This document shows, one piece after another, positions 30,272 to 40,000 of a DNA stretch of 64,000 nucleotides. The notes beneath the pieces were generated by a model. That model searched no databases. It saw only the letters and a program-made list of their open reading frames with translations, and was not told the DNA's origin. Each line of letters starts with the position of its first letter. The first letter of the stretch is position 1. The translations under genes were made by a program, and so were the position numbers. Origin of the DNA: an uncultured Clostridia bacterium. GTDB lineage: Bacteria; Bacillota; Clostridia; TANB77; CAG-508. The stretch covers positions 7,512 through 71,511 of the forward strand of contig CANQXD010000002.1 in NCBI GenBank assembly GCA_947627755.1, read 5' to 3'.

Positions 30272-30625
30272 ATGATGAAGAATGAGAAAAGTTTTGAAGA
30301 TGAATTTCCTGATTTTGAACAGTTTACTTCTTCTTTTCATTTTGATGATAATTCTTCTAATTTTGCTAATGATGCGTCTTCTCAATCTAATACAAATAAT
30401 CCTTTCTCTAATATTGATATGAATACTATTTTAAAAATAAAACAAATTATGGAAAAAATGAATCAAAAAAAGGACGACCCAAGAGCTAATTTACTTCTTT
30501 CTTTAAAGCCTTATTTGAAACCTAGTAGAAAACAGAAGGTAGACCAGTATATTGAACTTTTTCAAATGGGCTCTGTAATGGAAAATTTAGGTCCGATGTT
30601 CATGGGTGGTGAAAAGACAAAATGA
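30272..30625 (+). CDS. Hypothetical protein (117 aa), N/S-rich N-terminal half
   Basis: ORF 30254..30625. Start set to ATG 30272, after GAGGTGA. The conserved-looking C-terminal half is ANLLLSLKPYLKPSRKQKVDQYIELF. I cannot name a family. Confidence 0.5.
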   Translation: MMKNEKSFEDEFPDFEQFTSSFHFDDNSSNFANDASSQSNTNNPFSNIDMNTILKIKQIMEKMNQKKDDPRANLLLSLKPYLKPSRKQKVDQYIELFQMGSVMENLGPMFMGGEKTK

Positions 30626-31080
30626 TGTATTCTTACCCGTTCTTTGGTTTTCCGCCTTTTCGAAGGCCTTACCATTATTACCCTAACTATTCTTTGCATA
30701 ATGATATGCAAAATAAAAATATGAGAGCAAATTCAAGCTCCCCTAGTAGTTTTTCTGCAAATAAAAAAGAAAACTTTCAGGAAAATTTACATACACCAAA
30801 TTTTTACAATAATAATACAATGGGACATCAATTTTCTAATTTTTCTAGTTTTGTGCAAGATTCAAAGATTAATGCTTCTAATTATTCAAATAATTCAAAG
30901 ATTAAGTCTTCTAATGATTTTCAAAATTTTGAGGTTGAACAAGAGGAGTGTTTTGAAATTTTGGGCTTAAAGCTTCACTTTGATGATTTGCTTTTAATTG
31001 CTTTGCTGTTTTTCCTTTATAAAGAAGATGTAAAAGATTCTTATTTATATGTTGCACTTATTTTGCTGCTTTTGAGCTAA
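30622..31080 (+). CDS. Hypothetical protein (152 aa), N/S/F-rich with C-terminal hydrophobic segments
   Basis: The start overlaps the preceding stop (ATGATG). The protein is low-complexity. The C-terminus is LLLIALLFFLY...YVALILLLLS. Confidence 0.45.
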   Translation: MMYSYPFFGFPPFRRPYHYYPNYSLHNDMQNKNMRANSSSPSSFSANKKENFQENLHTPNFYNNNTMGHQFSNFSSFVQDSKINASNYSNNSKIKSSNDFQNFEVEQEECFEILGLKLHFDDLLLIALLFFLYKEDVKDSYLYVALILLLLS

Positions 31081-31155
31081 AAGAAATGAATGAAAATATT
31101 TTGATTTTAATAACGAGGGTATTTTCTTTAGAGGAAATAAACATATTATAATATT

Positions 31156-31198
31156 AAAAAAAGGAAAAATTTGGACTCGTCCTAAATCTTTCCTTTTT
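31156..31198. terminator. Terminator between the convergent 30622..31080 ORF and minC
   Basis: AAAAAAAGGAAAAATTTGGAC TCG TCCTAAATCTTTCCTTTTT (imperfect stem). Confidence 0.55.
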
Positions 31199-31201
31199 AT
31201 T

Positions 31202-31837
31202 TTATTCTACTATCATTTCATTTTGTTCATTTATATAGGCATAACTTAATTTTGCTCCTTCTGTTTCTTGTTTCTCAAATTCTTTTATTTTGTCTGCAAT
31301 ACGGATTTGTGGGCAATCTATGATGTTAGCTGCTATGATGGCTTTTCTATTTCCCTTAGCTCCTGCATGCGCTAAACCTCTTAAGTCTCCTAAAATAACT
31401 ATATTTTCTCCTGCCATAATTTCAGCACCTGCATTTACATCTCCAAGAATTACTACACTTCCTTCATATTCTATTTTTTGCCCTGAACGCAATGCTCCTT
31501 TATAAAAGGTTGTTTCAGAAGATTTTATTTCTTGTTCAAAACCTTTTTTTATTCCATGAAGTCCTAGTGTTTTTGGACTTTCAAATTCGATTGCTACATC
31601 TATTTGTTCTTCTATGATTTTTTGAATTTCTTCCATTTCTTTATTTTTTAATATTTTTCCTACTACTTTTATAGGTGTGGTGTCTCCTTTGTATAATTTT
31701 TTTAAGTCTACTATTTTTTCTTTTAAACATTCTAAAATTTCATTTTCTTCTGCTTCTTCGTTTATTTTTATCCATATTTCATTTGTCTTTAGTTGAATGG
31801 TTATACAATTTTTCATTTTTTGTTTCATTCCTTCCAT
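31202..31837 (-). CDS. minC: Septum site-determining protein MinC
   Basis: The C-terminal beta-helix block GALRSGQKIEYEGSVVILGDVNAGAEIMAGENIVILGDLRGLAHAG is diagnostic. The exact start is uncertain among three nearby Met codons. Confidence 0.85.
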   Translation of the reverse strand: MEGMKQKMKNCITIQLKTNEIWIKINEEAEENEILECLKEKIVDLKKLYKGDTTPIKVVGKILKNKEMEEIQKIIEEQIDVAIEFESPKTLGLHGIKKGFEQEIKSSETTFYKGALRSGQKIEYEGSVVILGDVNAGAEIMAGENIVILGDLRGLAHAGAKGNRKAIIAANIIDCPQIRIADKIKEFEKQETEGAKLSYAYINEQNEMIVE

Positions 31838-33970
31838 TTAATTTTGTATTTGTGTTGTTGGTTTTGCACTCATATCTTCTGTTACTTTACTTGCATTCAT
31901 TCCAAAGTATTCTGCTATCATATCTCTTGCAGGTATTGCTGCATTGCTACCACTTTGTCCATTTTCTATCATTACTACTATTGCAATTTCTGGTTTCTCA
32001 AATGGTGCAAATCCTACGAACCAAGCATTTGTTATGTCTTTTCCATTTTGGTCTTTTCTTTCTGTTTGTGCTGAACCTGTTTTTCCTCCTACTTCTATGT
32101 TAAAGTTTTTGAATATGGAATATGCTGTTCCTCCTGATTCTGTAGTAACTCCTTTCATTCCTTCTAATACTGCATTTAAATTTTCTTGTTTGAAGGTTAC
32201 TTCTTGTTCTGGTTCTTCTTCTATTCCAATACGATTTTTTAAGTATTGTTCTACTTCTTCTTTTGGCACTTCGTTTCCATTTGCGTCTATAACAGATTTT
32301 ATGATGCTAACATCAATGTTTTTTCCTCCATTTGCAAGTATGCTTGTGTATTTTGCCATTTGTATTGGTGTGAAGCTATTGTTTCCTTGCCCAATGGCTG
32401 CTGGAAGTGTGTCTCCTCCGTTCCATGTTTGTCCAAATTTTTTGGCTGTTTCTGGTGTTGCTATATAGCCTGTTTCTTCTCCTAATAATTCTACGCCTGT
32501 TTTTTTGCCTAAGCCCAATGCTTTTGCATATTTTTCTAAGTTGTCTATTCCTACTCTATAGCCTACTTCATAGAAGAAATAGTTGCAAGAGTGTACGATT
32601 GCTTCGGTTACGTTTAAAGGTCCATGTCCATAGCCATAAGCATAAGTCCAACATTTTGGCTGATAATCTGCATATCTTCTATAAATTCCGACGTCATTAA
32701 TTTTTTCGTTTAGGGTAATTGCTCCTGTTTCTAGACCTGTTATTGCAGTTACCATTTTAAATGTTGAGCCTGGTGAGGTGGTAGAGGCTATAGCTCGGTT
32801 AAAGAATGGTTGTTTTTTTGCATATACTGATTCTTCTTGTTTTGTGTAGTAGTTCCATTTTTCGGTGCTTATACCGTTTGTAAAGTCACTTGGATCAAAG
32901 TCTGGATAACTTGCCATTGCTAAGATTTCTCCTGTTTCTACTTTCATTACTACAGCTGATGCCCCTGTTATTTCTATTTGCTTTTCTTGTTCTATGCTTT
33001 GAATGCTACTTTTTAATGTGTTTTCTGTAACTTGCTGTAAATTGGCATCTATGGTTAAAATGACATTACAACCGCTAATTGCTTGTTCTGCAACGTATTC
33101 GTCTGTAACGGTTCCATCAACTGCCATGTCAATTTGCCTTTTACCATTTTCACCTTTTAAGTAATTTTCCATGATGTATTCAATTCCTGTTCTTCCAATG
33201 ATGTCATTCATTGTGTAGCGTTCTTTATTTTGATTTAGTTCTTCTTCATTTATTTTTCCAATATATCCTAGTATGTGTGAGGCTAAACTTCCTGATGGAT
33301 AACTTCTAATTGGCTTTGTGGTAATGCTGACTCCTGGAAAGTTAGCACTTTGCTCGTTTAATTGTGCTATTGAGGTTTCATTTAGATTGCTTGCTAGTTC
33401 TACTGACCTTGTACTACTATATCCATTTTTTGATATGTAATAGCGCAACGTCATGATTTTCCTTGCTTCTTGCACATTTTCATTTGTGATTTTATATTTT
33501 TCTTTTAGTATTGCAAAACATTCTTCTGCTGTTTTGTTTTCTTCTATATCATTTTCTTTTTTCCATTCTATTTGTTCTTCTTCCTGCGTTGTAAAGGCAA
33601 ATGGCTCTACTGTAATTGGAAGTGTATCTACATATACATTGTTATTGGCTTCTAATAGTTTTGCTATTCGTAGTAAGGTTTCGTTTAGTGTTTGTGTGTC
33701 TATTTTTGTTTTATATAATTCTAGGCTATAGCCTAATTTTGTTGTGGCTAGTTTGTTTCCAGATTGGTCTAATATGTCCCCTCTTGCCGCTTCTAATGTA
33801 CTTTCTCTTGTAAGCCTTGTGTTGGATTCTTCTCTATATTCTTCTCCATGTACTATTTGAAGATTGAATAGTTGAGCAAAAAGGATGATGAATATGGCGT
33901 AGACTAATAAAGATACTATATTGTATCTTATTTTTTGTTTTTCATTATTGGTATTATTCAGTCTAGCCAC
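31838..33970 (-). CDS. Penicillin-binding protein 2 (class B transpeptidase, MrdA/SpoVD-like)
   Basis: N-terminal TM and dimerisation domain. Transpeptidase motifs are STFK (PGSTFKM), SCN (HSCNYF) and KTGS (GGKTGSAQ). The start codon is uncertain: the GTG lies inside the GGAGGTG RBS. Confidence 0.9.
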   Translation of the reverse strand: MARLNNTNNEKQKIRYNIVSLLVYAIFIILFAQLFNLQIVHGEEYREESNTRLTRESTLEAARGDILDQSGNKLATTKLGYSLELYKTKIDTQTLNETLLRIAKLLEANNNVYVDTLPITVEPFAFTTQEEEQIEWKKENDIEENKTAEECFAILKEKYKITNENVQEARKIMTLRYYISKNGYSSTRSVELASNLNETSIAQLNEQSANFPGVSITTKPIRSYPSGSLASHILGYIGKINEEELNQNKERYTMNDIIGRTGIEYIMENYLKGENGKRQIDMAVDGTVTDEYVAEQAISGCNVILTIDANLQQVTENTLKSSIQSIEQEKQIEITGASAVVMKVETGEILAMASYPDFDPSDFTNGISTEKWNYYTKQEESVYAKKQPFFNRAIASTTSPGSTFKMVTAITGLETGAITLNEKINDVGIYRRYADYQPKCWTYAYGYGHGPLNVTEAIVHSCNYFFYEVGYRVGIDNLEKYAKALGLGKKTGVELLGEETGYIATPETAKKFGQTWNGGDTLPAAIGQGNNSFTPIQMAKYTSILANGGKNIDVSIIKSVIDANGNEVPKEEVEQYLKNRIGIEEEPEQEVTFKQENLNAVLEGMKGVTTESGGTAYSIFKNFNIEVGGKTGSAQTERKDQNGKDITNAWFVGFAPFEKPEIAIVVMIENGQSGSNAAIPARDMIAEYFGMNASKVTEDMSAKPTTQIQN

Positions 33971-33974
33971 CTCC

Positions 33975-34508
33975 TTAATAATAAGTTGTTAATATTTTTG
34001 GTTCTTTAAATGTTTCTTCTAAATATTGACCTATTTTTTGTATAATTGGGTATAAAATAATTGTTAAAATTGCATTATAAAATATTTCTATTAGCAAAGT
34101 AATAAGAAATGGAAGTGGTTCTATTAAAATTGATAGTTCTATGATTTGCATGATATAACTTCCTAGTTCAAAAAAGCAAGTAACGCCCATTACCATAAGC
34201 ATAATGGTTATTCTACTTTCCTTTGAAAAGTTTTTGTCTAGGTAACCTGCTACAAAGGCTATAATGCCAAGCATAACTGCATTTATTCCTATTGTTTTTC
34301 CAAGGAGTAAGTCACAAAATAACCCTATTATAATTCCGTAAGGAATGCCTACTTTTGTTCCTGCAAAGAGGCTGACAAATAGTGTTAAAATTATGAAAAG
34401 ATTTGGTTTTATGCTTGCAATGGTAAACCATGAGAAAAAGTTTACCTGAAGAAGGTATGTTATAAAAAATGTTAAAATTAATATTAATATAGCTACGGCT
34501 TTTCTCAT
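33975..34508 (-). CDS. mreD: Rod shape-determining protein MreD
   Basis: 177-aa polytopic protein between mreC and pbp2. Its start overlaps the mreC stop. Confidence 0.8.
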   Translation of the reverse strand: MRKAVAILILILTFFITYLLQVNFFSWFTIASIKPNLFIILTLFVSLFAGTKVGIPYGIIIGLFCDLLLGKTIGINAVMLGIIAFVAGYLDKNFSKESRITIMLMVMGVTCFFELGSYIMQIIELSILIEPLPFLITLLIEIFYNAILTIILYPIIQKIGQYLEETFKEPKILTTYY

Positions 34509-35350
34509 GTTCCTTCTCCTTGATTTGATTCATTGTTTCCAACTATAACTAACATTGTTTCTAATTTATTAAAGTCTACTGCTGTTTGTATTATGGCATA
34601 GCGATCTGTAATGTTTTTTGTGTTGATGATTTGTGATATGGTTCCTATGTGGATTCCTTTTGGATATATGCCTCCTATTCCTGAAGTTTCTACACTATCG
34701 CCTTCTAATATTGTTGCTTCTGTTGGAATAAATGTTGCTTTTAGTGTTGAATTTTGTTGTAAGGTTCCTCTTGCTACCATTTTGTCTCTTGAACTGCTAA
34801 TTGTACAGCTAATGGTGCTTGCTGTATCGATAATGGTTTGTACTTTTGCAGTATGGTCAGTAACAGATATAATGTGTCCTACTAAGCCTTGCTCCGAGAT
34901 TACTGGCATGTTTACTTCTATTCCTTCTTTTGAGCCAATGTTTATTATTATGATGTCACTATAATTACTAATATCTCTTTGAATGACATAGGCTGGCAAT
35001 GTTTTATATTCACTATATTTATCTGTTAAATTTACATATTCTCTTAGTGTATCATTTTCTGATTTTATTATTTCTAGTTCTCTTAATGATTGTTCTAATT
35101 CGATATTTTTTTTCTTTAATGCTTCATTTTCTTCTTGTAAAGTATTTATATTGCTAAAAAAGCTATTATTTCCTGATATCCAATTTTTTAGGTAAGTAAG
35201 CCCATTTTGTATTGGCATAATAACAACGCCTAGTGCGTTTTCTATATACGCTACATCTTGTATTTTTATGTTGGAAATAATGACTATTATGATTAAAATA
35301 ACAATAGTAATGATAATGCCCGTTATACTTGTTTTTTTGTTTTTATACAC
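34505..35350 (-). CDS. mreC: Rod shape-determining protein MreC
   Basis: N-terminal TM, coiled coil (LQEENEALKKKNIELEQSLRELE), and C-terminal beta domains (GLVGHI...VQTIID...GGIYPKGIHIGTI). Confidence 0.85.
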   Translation of the reverse strand: MYKNKKTSITGIIITIVILIIIVIISNIKIQDVAYIENALGVVIMPIQNGLTYLKNWISGNNSFFSNINTLQEENEALKKKNIELEQSLRELEIIKSENDTLREYVNLTDKYSEYKTLPAYVIQRDISNYSDIIIINIGSKEGIEVNMPVISEQGLVGHIISVTDHTAKVQTIIDTASTISCTISSSRDKMVARGTLQQNSTLKATFIPTEATILEGDSVETSGIGGIYPKGIHIGTISQIINTKNITDRYAIIQTAVDFNKLETMLVIVGNNESNQGEGT

Positions 35351-35430
35351 TATTTCTCACCCTTCTTGTTTTTTATTAATCTGTTTTTTTATTTGCTTTT
35401 CTTTTTATTTTTTGTATTTACTACTTTATT

Positions 35431-36462
35431 TTAACGTCTTTTTCTTGCATTAATTAGCACTGTTTTTAATCTTTCTAGGTCTTCTATTGTTTTTTCAGTA
35501 CCTTTTACTACACATTCTAATGGATTTTCTGCTACATATACTGGAATTTCCGTTTTCATACTAAGTAGTTTGTCTAAGTTTTGAATTAATGCTCCGCCTC
35601 CCGCAAGCACAATTCCTTTTTCCACTATATCAGATGCTAATTCTGGTGGCGTTTTTTCTAAAGTTTGCTTTACTGCATCTATAATTTCTGATATGGATTC
35701 TTCCATTGCTTCTTGAATTTGTGATGAGTAAATTTCTACATTTCTTGGTAAACCTGTTGTTAAGTCTCTTCCTCGTATTTCCATTGGTACGTCTGTCATT
35801 AATGGAAGTGCACACCCTATTTGCATCTTTATTTGCTCTGCTGTTGTTTCTCCGATAGCTAAGTTTAATTCTTTTTTGATATAGTTTACAATGTCTTGAT
35901 CTAGTTCATCTCCTGCTACTTTTAAAGAATGGCTTACTACAATACCTCCTAAAGAGATAACCGCTACTTCTGTGGTTCCTCCTCCTATATCTACTATAAT
36001 GCTTCCACTTGGCTCTGCTACGTCAAGGTTAGCACCAATTGCTGCTGCCATTGGCTCTTCTATTAAATATACTTCTTTTGCTCCTGCTTGTAATACAGAT
36101 TCTTCTACTGCTCTTTCTTCTACTTCTGTAATGCCTGATGGTACTCCTACTACTACTCTTGGTCTTGTAACATTGTATCTTTGGCATACTTTTGTAATTA
36201 GGTTTTTTAGCATTAATTGAGTTGCTGTGAAGTCTGCAATTACACCATCTTTTAATGGCCTTACTGCTTTTATTTGGTCTGGCGTTCTGCCAAGCATTTC
36301 TTTTGCTTCATGCCCTGTTGCTACAATTCGGTTTGTTTTTCTGTCGATTGCTACTACTGATGGCTCTTTTAGTACAATTCCTTTTCCTCTTAGTGCTACT
36401 AATGTGTTGGCTGTTCCTAAGTCGATTCCAATGTCTTTGCTTTTTATTGAAAATAGTTTCAT
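35431..36462 (-). CDS. mreB: Rod shape-determining protein MreB
   Basis: Actin-fold motifs DIGIDLGTANT, DIGGGTTEVAV and LAGGGALI are present. Start set to the second ATG (MKLFS), which has better spacing to GGAAGGA. Confidence 0.92.
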   Translation of the reverse strand: MKLFSIKSKDIGIDLGTANTLVALRGKGIVLKEPSVVAIDRKTNRIVATGHEAKEMLGRTPDQIKAVRPLKDGVIADFTATQLMLKNLITKVCQRYNVTRPRVVVGVPSGITEVEERAVEESVLQAGAKEVYLIEEPMAAAIGANLDVAEPSGSIIVDIGGGTTEVAVISLGGIVVSHSLKVAGDELDQDIVNYIKKELNLAIGETTAEQIKMQIGCALPLMTDVPMEIRGRDLTTGLPRNVEIYSSQIQEAMEESISEIIDAVKQTLEKTPPELASDIVEKGIVLAGGGALIQNLDKLLSMKTEIPVYVAENPLECVVKGTEKTIEDLERLKTVLINARKRR

Positions 36463-36536
36463 GTTATTTTTCATCCTTCCTAGTTTTTAACTGTTTAATA
36501 ATTTGCCTTATATTATTGATTGTTTATGTATTATAA

Positions 36537-37241
36537 TTAGCATTTGTTTTTCTTTTGTTCTTCTTTTAATTTTTGTGTAAAAATACTATGAAATTCGCCG
36601 TCTCCTATTATTATATGGTCCAGCATTTGTAATTCTAATAATTTCGCACCTTGCTCAATTTCTTTTGTTATTTTTAAGTCTGCTTTGCTAGGAGTTGAAT
36701 CTCCACTAGGATGATTATGTACTAAAATAAACTTTCTCATTCCTATTTTTATTGTTTCTTCAAAAATTTTGTTTGTGTTCATGTTTGCAGATGAAATATT
36801 CCCATAGCCAATATTTACTATTTTTTGTATAATACTTTTTTCATTTAATACAATTACTTTTATTATTTCTCTTTTTTCATATCTTAATTCTTCCATAAGT
36901 AGTTCAGCTACGTCTTTAGGTGTCTTTATAACTGTACGAAAATGAAGTGGCCTTGCCATTCTTTTTGCAAGTTCACATACTGCTTTTATTTGAATTGCTT
37001 TTACTTTTCCAATTCCTTTTATTTTTTGTAGTTCGTGTAACGATAGTTCTTGAAGTCCTCGTATGTCTTGGATGTTAGAGGATGCTAAAATGCTTTGGGC
37101 TAGTCCAACTGCAGTTTGTTCTTTTGTTCCTGTTTTTATTATAATTGCTAGTAATTCTGCATTAGATAATGTGCTTTCTCCGTACATTTCTAATTTTTCA
37201 TAGGGCCTTTCTGAATTTGGTAATTGTTTTATAGATAACAA
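36537..37241 (-). CDS. radC: RadC-like JAB-domain protein
   Basis: HhH region (LQKIKGIGKVKAIQI) and JAMM motif HNHPSGDSTPSKAD. It sits upstream of mreB, as is usual. Confidence 0.85.
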   Translation of the reverse strand: MLSIKQLPNSERPYEKLEMYGESTLSNAELLAIIIKTGTKEQTAVGLAQSILASSNIQDIRGLQELSLHELQKIKGIGKVKAIQIKAVCELAKRMARPLHFRTVIKTPKDVAELLMEELRYEKREIIKVIVLNEKSIIQKIVNIGYGNISSANMNTNKIFEETIKIGMRKFILVHNHPSGDSTPSKADLKITKEIEQGAKLLELQMLDHIIIGDGEFHSIFTQKLKEEQKKNKC

Positions 37242-37273
37242 TTTTTCTCTCCTTTCTTTGAGCCCTATTTTTT

Positions 37274-37531
37274 CTATATTTTGCGATATACTAATATTGC
37301 TATTATCATTCCTATTATACTTGCTATGTTGATTTTAAATAATAAGCCAAATGATATTTGTACAATGCTTAAGTCTAATTGTACTGGGTTTGATAATCCA
37401 AAATCTTGCCCGTAGCCAAGCCACCATAAGAAGTCTACTCTTCCTGCAAGTTCTCCTAGTAATCCCCCTATTACTAAGCCTGATAAAATAAATATTAATA
37501 AAATCCATATATTTTTTTCTCTTGTTGCCAT
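37274..37531 (-). CDS. DUF4321-like small membrane protein
   Basis: 85 aa with two TMs. ILSGLVIGGLLGELAG...FGLLFKINIASIIGMIIA matches my memory of DUF4321, which commonly sits next to radC/mreB in Clostridia. Confidence 0.6.
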   Translation of the reverse strand: MATREKNIWILLIFILSGLVIGGLLGELAGRVDFLWWLGYGQDFGLSNPVQLDLSIVQISFGLLFKINIASIIGMIIAILVYRKI

Positions 37532-37722
37532 ATTTTTTTTCTCCTTTTCTGTTTCTTTTGTTTTTAACGCCTTTATTATATATTTATTTTTGTTTTTTTT
37601 CTAGTTATTTGCTTTACTTTTTTGATTTCCTGTGGTATATTCTTTAGTACGTTTTTTAATATTTTTTCATATCATATATTAATTACCAAATATTTCTCAT
37701 TCCTTTTCTTTAAGGATAGTGC

Positions 37723-37728
37723 TATAAT
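37723..37728 (+). promoter_or_regulatory. Candidate extended -10 element (TGcTATAAT) for mecA
   Basis: TGCTATAAT lies at 37720-37728, about 30 nt upstream of the mecA ATG and just ahead of AGGAGG. The -35 (TTCCTT) is weak. Confidence 0.3.
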
Positions 37729-37758
37729 AAAATTATGAAAGACTAGGAGGATACAAAT

Positions 37759-38382
37759 ATGCGTTTTGAAAAGTTAAATGAAGATAAAATTAGAATTACT
37801 TTAAGTCATGAGGATTTAGTGCAAAAAGATATTGATTTTCATTCTTTTATGTCTAATTCTATGGAATCTCAAGATTTATTTTTTGATATGTTAGAAGAAG
37901 CTGAAAAACAAATTGGTTTTGTTACTAAAGATTATTTAATTCGCATTGAGGCTTTGGCAATGGCAGGTGGTGATTTTATTTTAACTGTTACTAGAAGTCT
38001 TCCTGAAAAAAGTACGATGAATACTAGAAAAAAAGTACATATTAAAAGAAAGAAAATGAATTTGTCTACTACTCAAGTTATTTGCTCTTTTGCTACTTTT
38101 GAGGATTATTGCTCTTTTCTTGATTTCTTTAAAAAGAATGATTTTTCTTATGCTAAGTTGGCAGAAAGTATTTTATTATATGAATATAAGAATGCATTTT
38201 ACCTTGTATTAAGTGCTCTTAATCCTTCTTATCCTAATTTAAAAAGGTTGATATCTTCTTTAACAGAGTTTGCTTCTTTTGTTGACCGCTCTAATGTTTT
38301 TTCAAGCAAACTTTTGGAGTCTGGCAAGTTAATTATGAAGAATAATGCGATTCGCACTGGTATTAAACATTTTGTAAGTTAG
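37759..38382 (+). CDS. mecA: Adaptor protein MecA
   Basis: The N-terminus MRFEKLNEDKIRITLSHEDLVQKDIDFHSF is the MecA signature. 207 aa, AGGAGG RBS, terminator downstream. Confidence 0.8.
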   Translation: MRFEKLNEDKIRITLSHEDLVQKDIDFHSFMSNSMESQDLFFDMLEEAEKQIGFVTKDYLIRIEALAMAGGDFILTVTRSLPEKSTMNTRKKVHIKRKKMNLSTTQVICSFATFEDYCSFLDFFKKNDFSYAKLAESILLYEYKNAFYLVLSALNPSYPNLKRLISSLTEFASFVDRSNVFSSKLLESGKLIMKNNAIRTGIKHFVS

Positions 38383-38427
38383 TGAATTAATAAGGTTTTG
38401 ATATTTTTTTATTATAGATTTTTAAAT

Positions 38428-38482
38428 AAAAATAGAGAATATTTTGCCATATAGTTGGTATCACAAATATTCTCTATTTTTT
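38428..38482. terminator. Rho-independent terminator between convergent mecA and the M23 peptidase gene
   Basis: AAAAATAGAGAATATT...AATATTCTCTATTTTTT. Confidence 0.8.
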
Positions 38483-38487
38483 GATTT

Positions 38488-39477
38488 TTAGTATAAGTAG
38501 TTTTGTGGGTTTTGTGCTACTCCATTTACTCTAATTTCTAGATGTAAGTGGTTTCCTTGTGAATTTCCTGTATTTCCTACGGTAGCAATTACTTGACCTT
38601 GTTCTACATATTGACCTACTGTTACATTTAATGATGTACAGTGTCCGTATAGTGTTTGAATTCCATTTCCATGAGAGATGATAACATGGTTTCCATAGCC
38701 TCCACCATAGCCATATTGAGCAAGTGTTACTGTTCCTGATGCTGCTGCCTTTATTGGTGTGCCTTTTGGAGCGCCTATATCTAACCCTTTATGGCTTCTT
38801 CCCCATCTTGCTCCAAACCTAGATGTTACTGTTCCTGCGATTGGTCTAATTAGCGAAATGCCTAAATCTATTTTTTGGCTAGATGTATTCATTCCTGTTG
38901 CTGCTACAGTATAAGATTTTTGTACTACTACTTTCTTTACATATAAGTCTGCTACACATTTTTCTACTGTTGCAAATTCTTTTAATTCAGTTTCATATTT
39001 TTCTATAATGGATAATTGGTCTTTATTATTACTATCTTTATTTTTTAGTTCATTTACTACTTGCTCTGCTTGTTCAAATGTAGATACATATTCTTTTTCT
39101 TCATTTGAAATGCATATTGCATAATATTTGTAGTATGCTTGACCTTGTTCTACTATTTTATTAAATATTTCTTCGTCATTGGTGGCTACATCTTTTTTTA
39201 GAAAACAAAGTTTATATTCTGGTAATTGATTGATATCTACAAATGCTATATTTTCTTCGTTTCCTTTTTCTATGTATTCGTTAATTTTTTGTTGTAGTTT
39301 GCTTTTGTTTTCACTATATCCAATAAATTCTCCATTTAACGTGACTCTATAGATTGGTTTATAGATATAGGAAATTGCTCCTACTGCTAAAAATGCAGCT
39401 AAGAATATTACAATGGTGAATTTTGTCCAAGTACGTATATGAACTATGGTTTTTTTAATGGTACTAATTTGAAACAA
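38488..39477 (-). CDS. M23/LytM-family metallopeptidase, membrane-anchored
   Basis: N-terminal TM. The C-terminus has HKGLDIGAPKGTPI...GNHLHLEIRVNG, with the HxxxD and HxH zinc ligands intact. The start codon is uncertain: TTG abuts AGGAG. Confidence 0.85.
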   Translation of the reverse strand: MFQISTIKKTIVHIRTWTKFTIVIFLAAFLAVGAISYIYKPIYRVTLNGEFIGYSENKSKLQQKINEYIEKGNEENIAFVDINQLPEYKLCFLKKDVATNDEEIFNKIVEQGQAYYKYYAICISNEEKEYVSTFEQAEQVVNELKNKDSNNKDQLSIIEKYETELKEFATVEKCVADLYVKKVVVQKSYTVAATGMNTSSQKIDLGISLIRPIAGTVTSRFGARWGRSHKGLDIGAPKGTPIKAAASGTVTLAQYGYGGGYGNHVIISHGNGIQTLYGHCTSLNVTVGQYVEQGQVIATVGNTGNSQGNHLHLEIRVNGVAQNPQNYLY

Positions 39478-39624
39478 CTCCTAACTTATTTTTTCACTTT
39501 GATAGTGTTATTTTATATAAAGTTGTTTTTTTTTACAAAGTTTATTTTCGCTTATTTTTGTCGTTTTTTTGTATTTCCGTAAGATTATCTCTTTTTTTGT
39601 TCCGTATTCTTCCTTTTTCAAAAT

Positions 39625-39722
39625 GCACTCCATTCCTTTAGGGCTTCACTCCATTGGCACTCCATTGGGGACGTTTCCTTTTGGTAGGTCTGTCACTTTT
39701 GGTAGGTTTCACTTTTGGTAAC
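39625..39722 (+). repeat. GGGAC-core repeat element (type A unit, flipped orientation, extended)
   Basis: Plus strand: GCACTCCATTCCTTTAGGGCTT CACTCCATTGG CACTCCATTGG GGACGTTTCCTTTTGGTAGGTCTGTCACTTTTGGTAGGTTTCACTTTTGGTAAC. Confidence 0.85.
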
Positions 39723-39725
39723 TTT

Positions 39726-39775
39726 AAAAATGAACTTCAATGAGATAGCCTAATACCTCATTGAAGTTCATTTTT
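39726..39775 (-). terminator. Rho-independent terminator overlapping the 3' end of the CotF-like gene
   Basis: AAAAATGAACTTCAATGAG...CTCATTGAAGTTCATTTTT, a 19-bp stem. The distal arm encodes the last codons VKNELQ. Confidence 0.75.
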
Positions 39776-40000
39776 CACTGTTTGAATTTCTTTTTCGCTC
39801 GCTGCTTGTGCTGGCTTATAATAACCTTTGGTTTGTGCTACTTTGAATAGTTCATATTCAAAGCTTTCGTCGTTATTGCGTATTTGTTGAATTGTTTGCC
39901 TTAACTGCATATTTTCTGTTTCTGAAATAACATTCTGATATGTAGTAAGACTTGCTTTTACATTATTTAAAATATCGTTTACCATGGTTTTTTCGTCCAT
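39758..40000 (-). CDS. CotF-family spore coat protein (80 aa)
   Basis: Start set to ATG 40000 (MDEKTMVNDILNNVKASLTTYQNVISETEN.QLRQ), after GGAGAAAGGAG. The Coat_F pattern is present. The upstream extension in the ORF track is basic junk. Confidence 0.65.
   Translation of the reverse strand: MDEKTMVNDILNNVKASLTTYQNVISETENMQLRQTIQQIRNNDESFEYELFKVAQTKGYYKPAQAASEKEIQTVKNELQ

Noticed and set aside
39660-39680. GGGGACGTTTCC resembles the eukaryotic NF-kappaB site, and CC(A/T)nGG words resemble CArG boxes.
   Set aside because: This is a coincidental resemblance with no biological meaning in a bacterial genome. I noted it only as a mnemonic for the repeat core.
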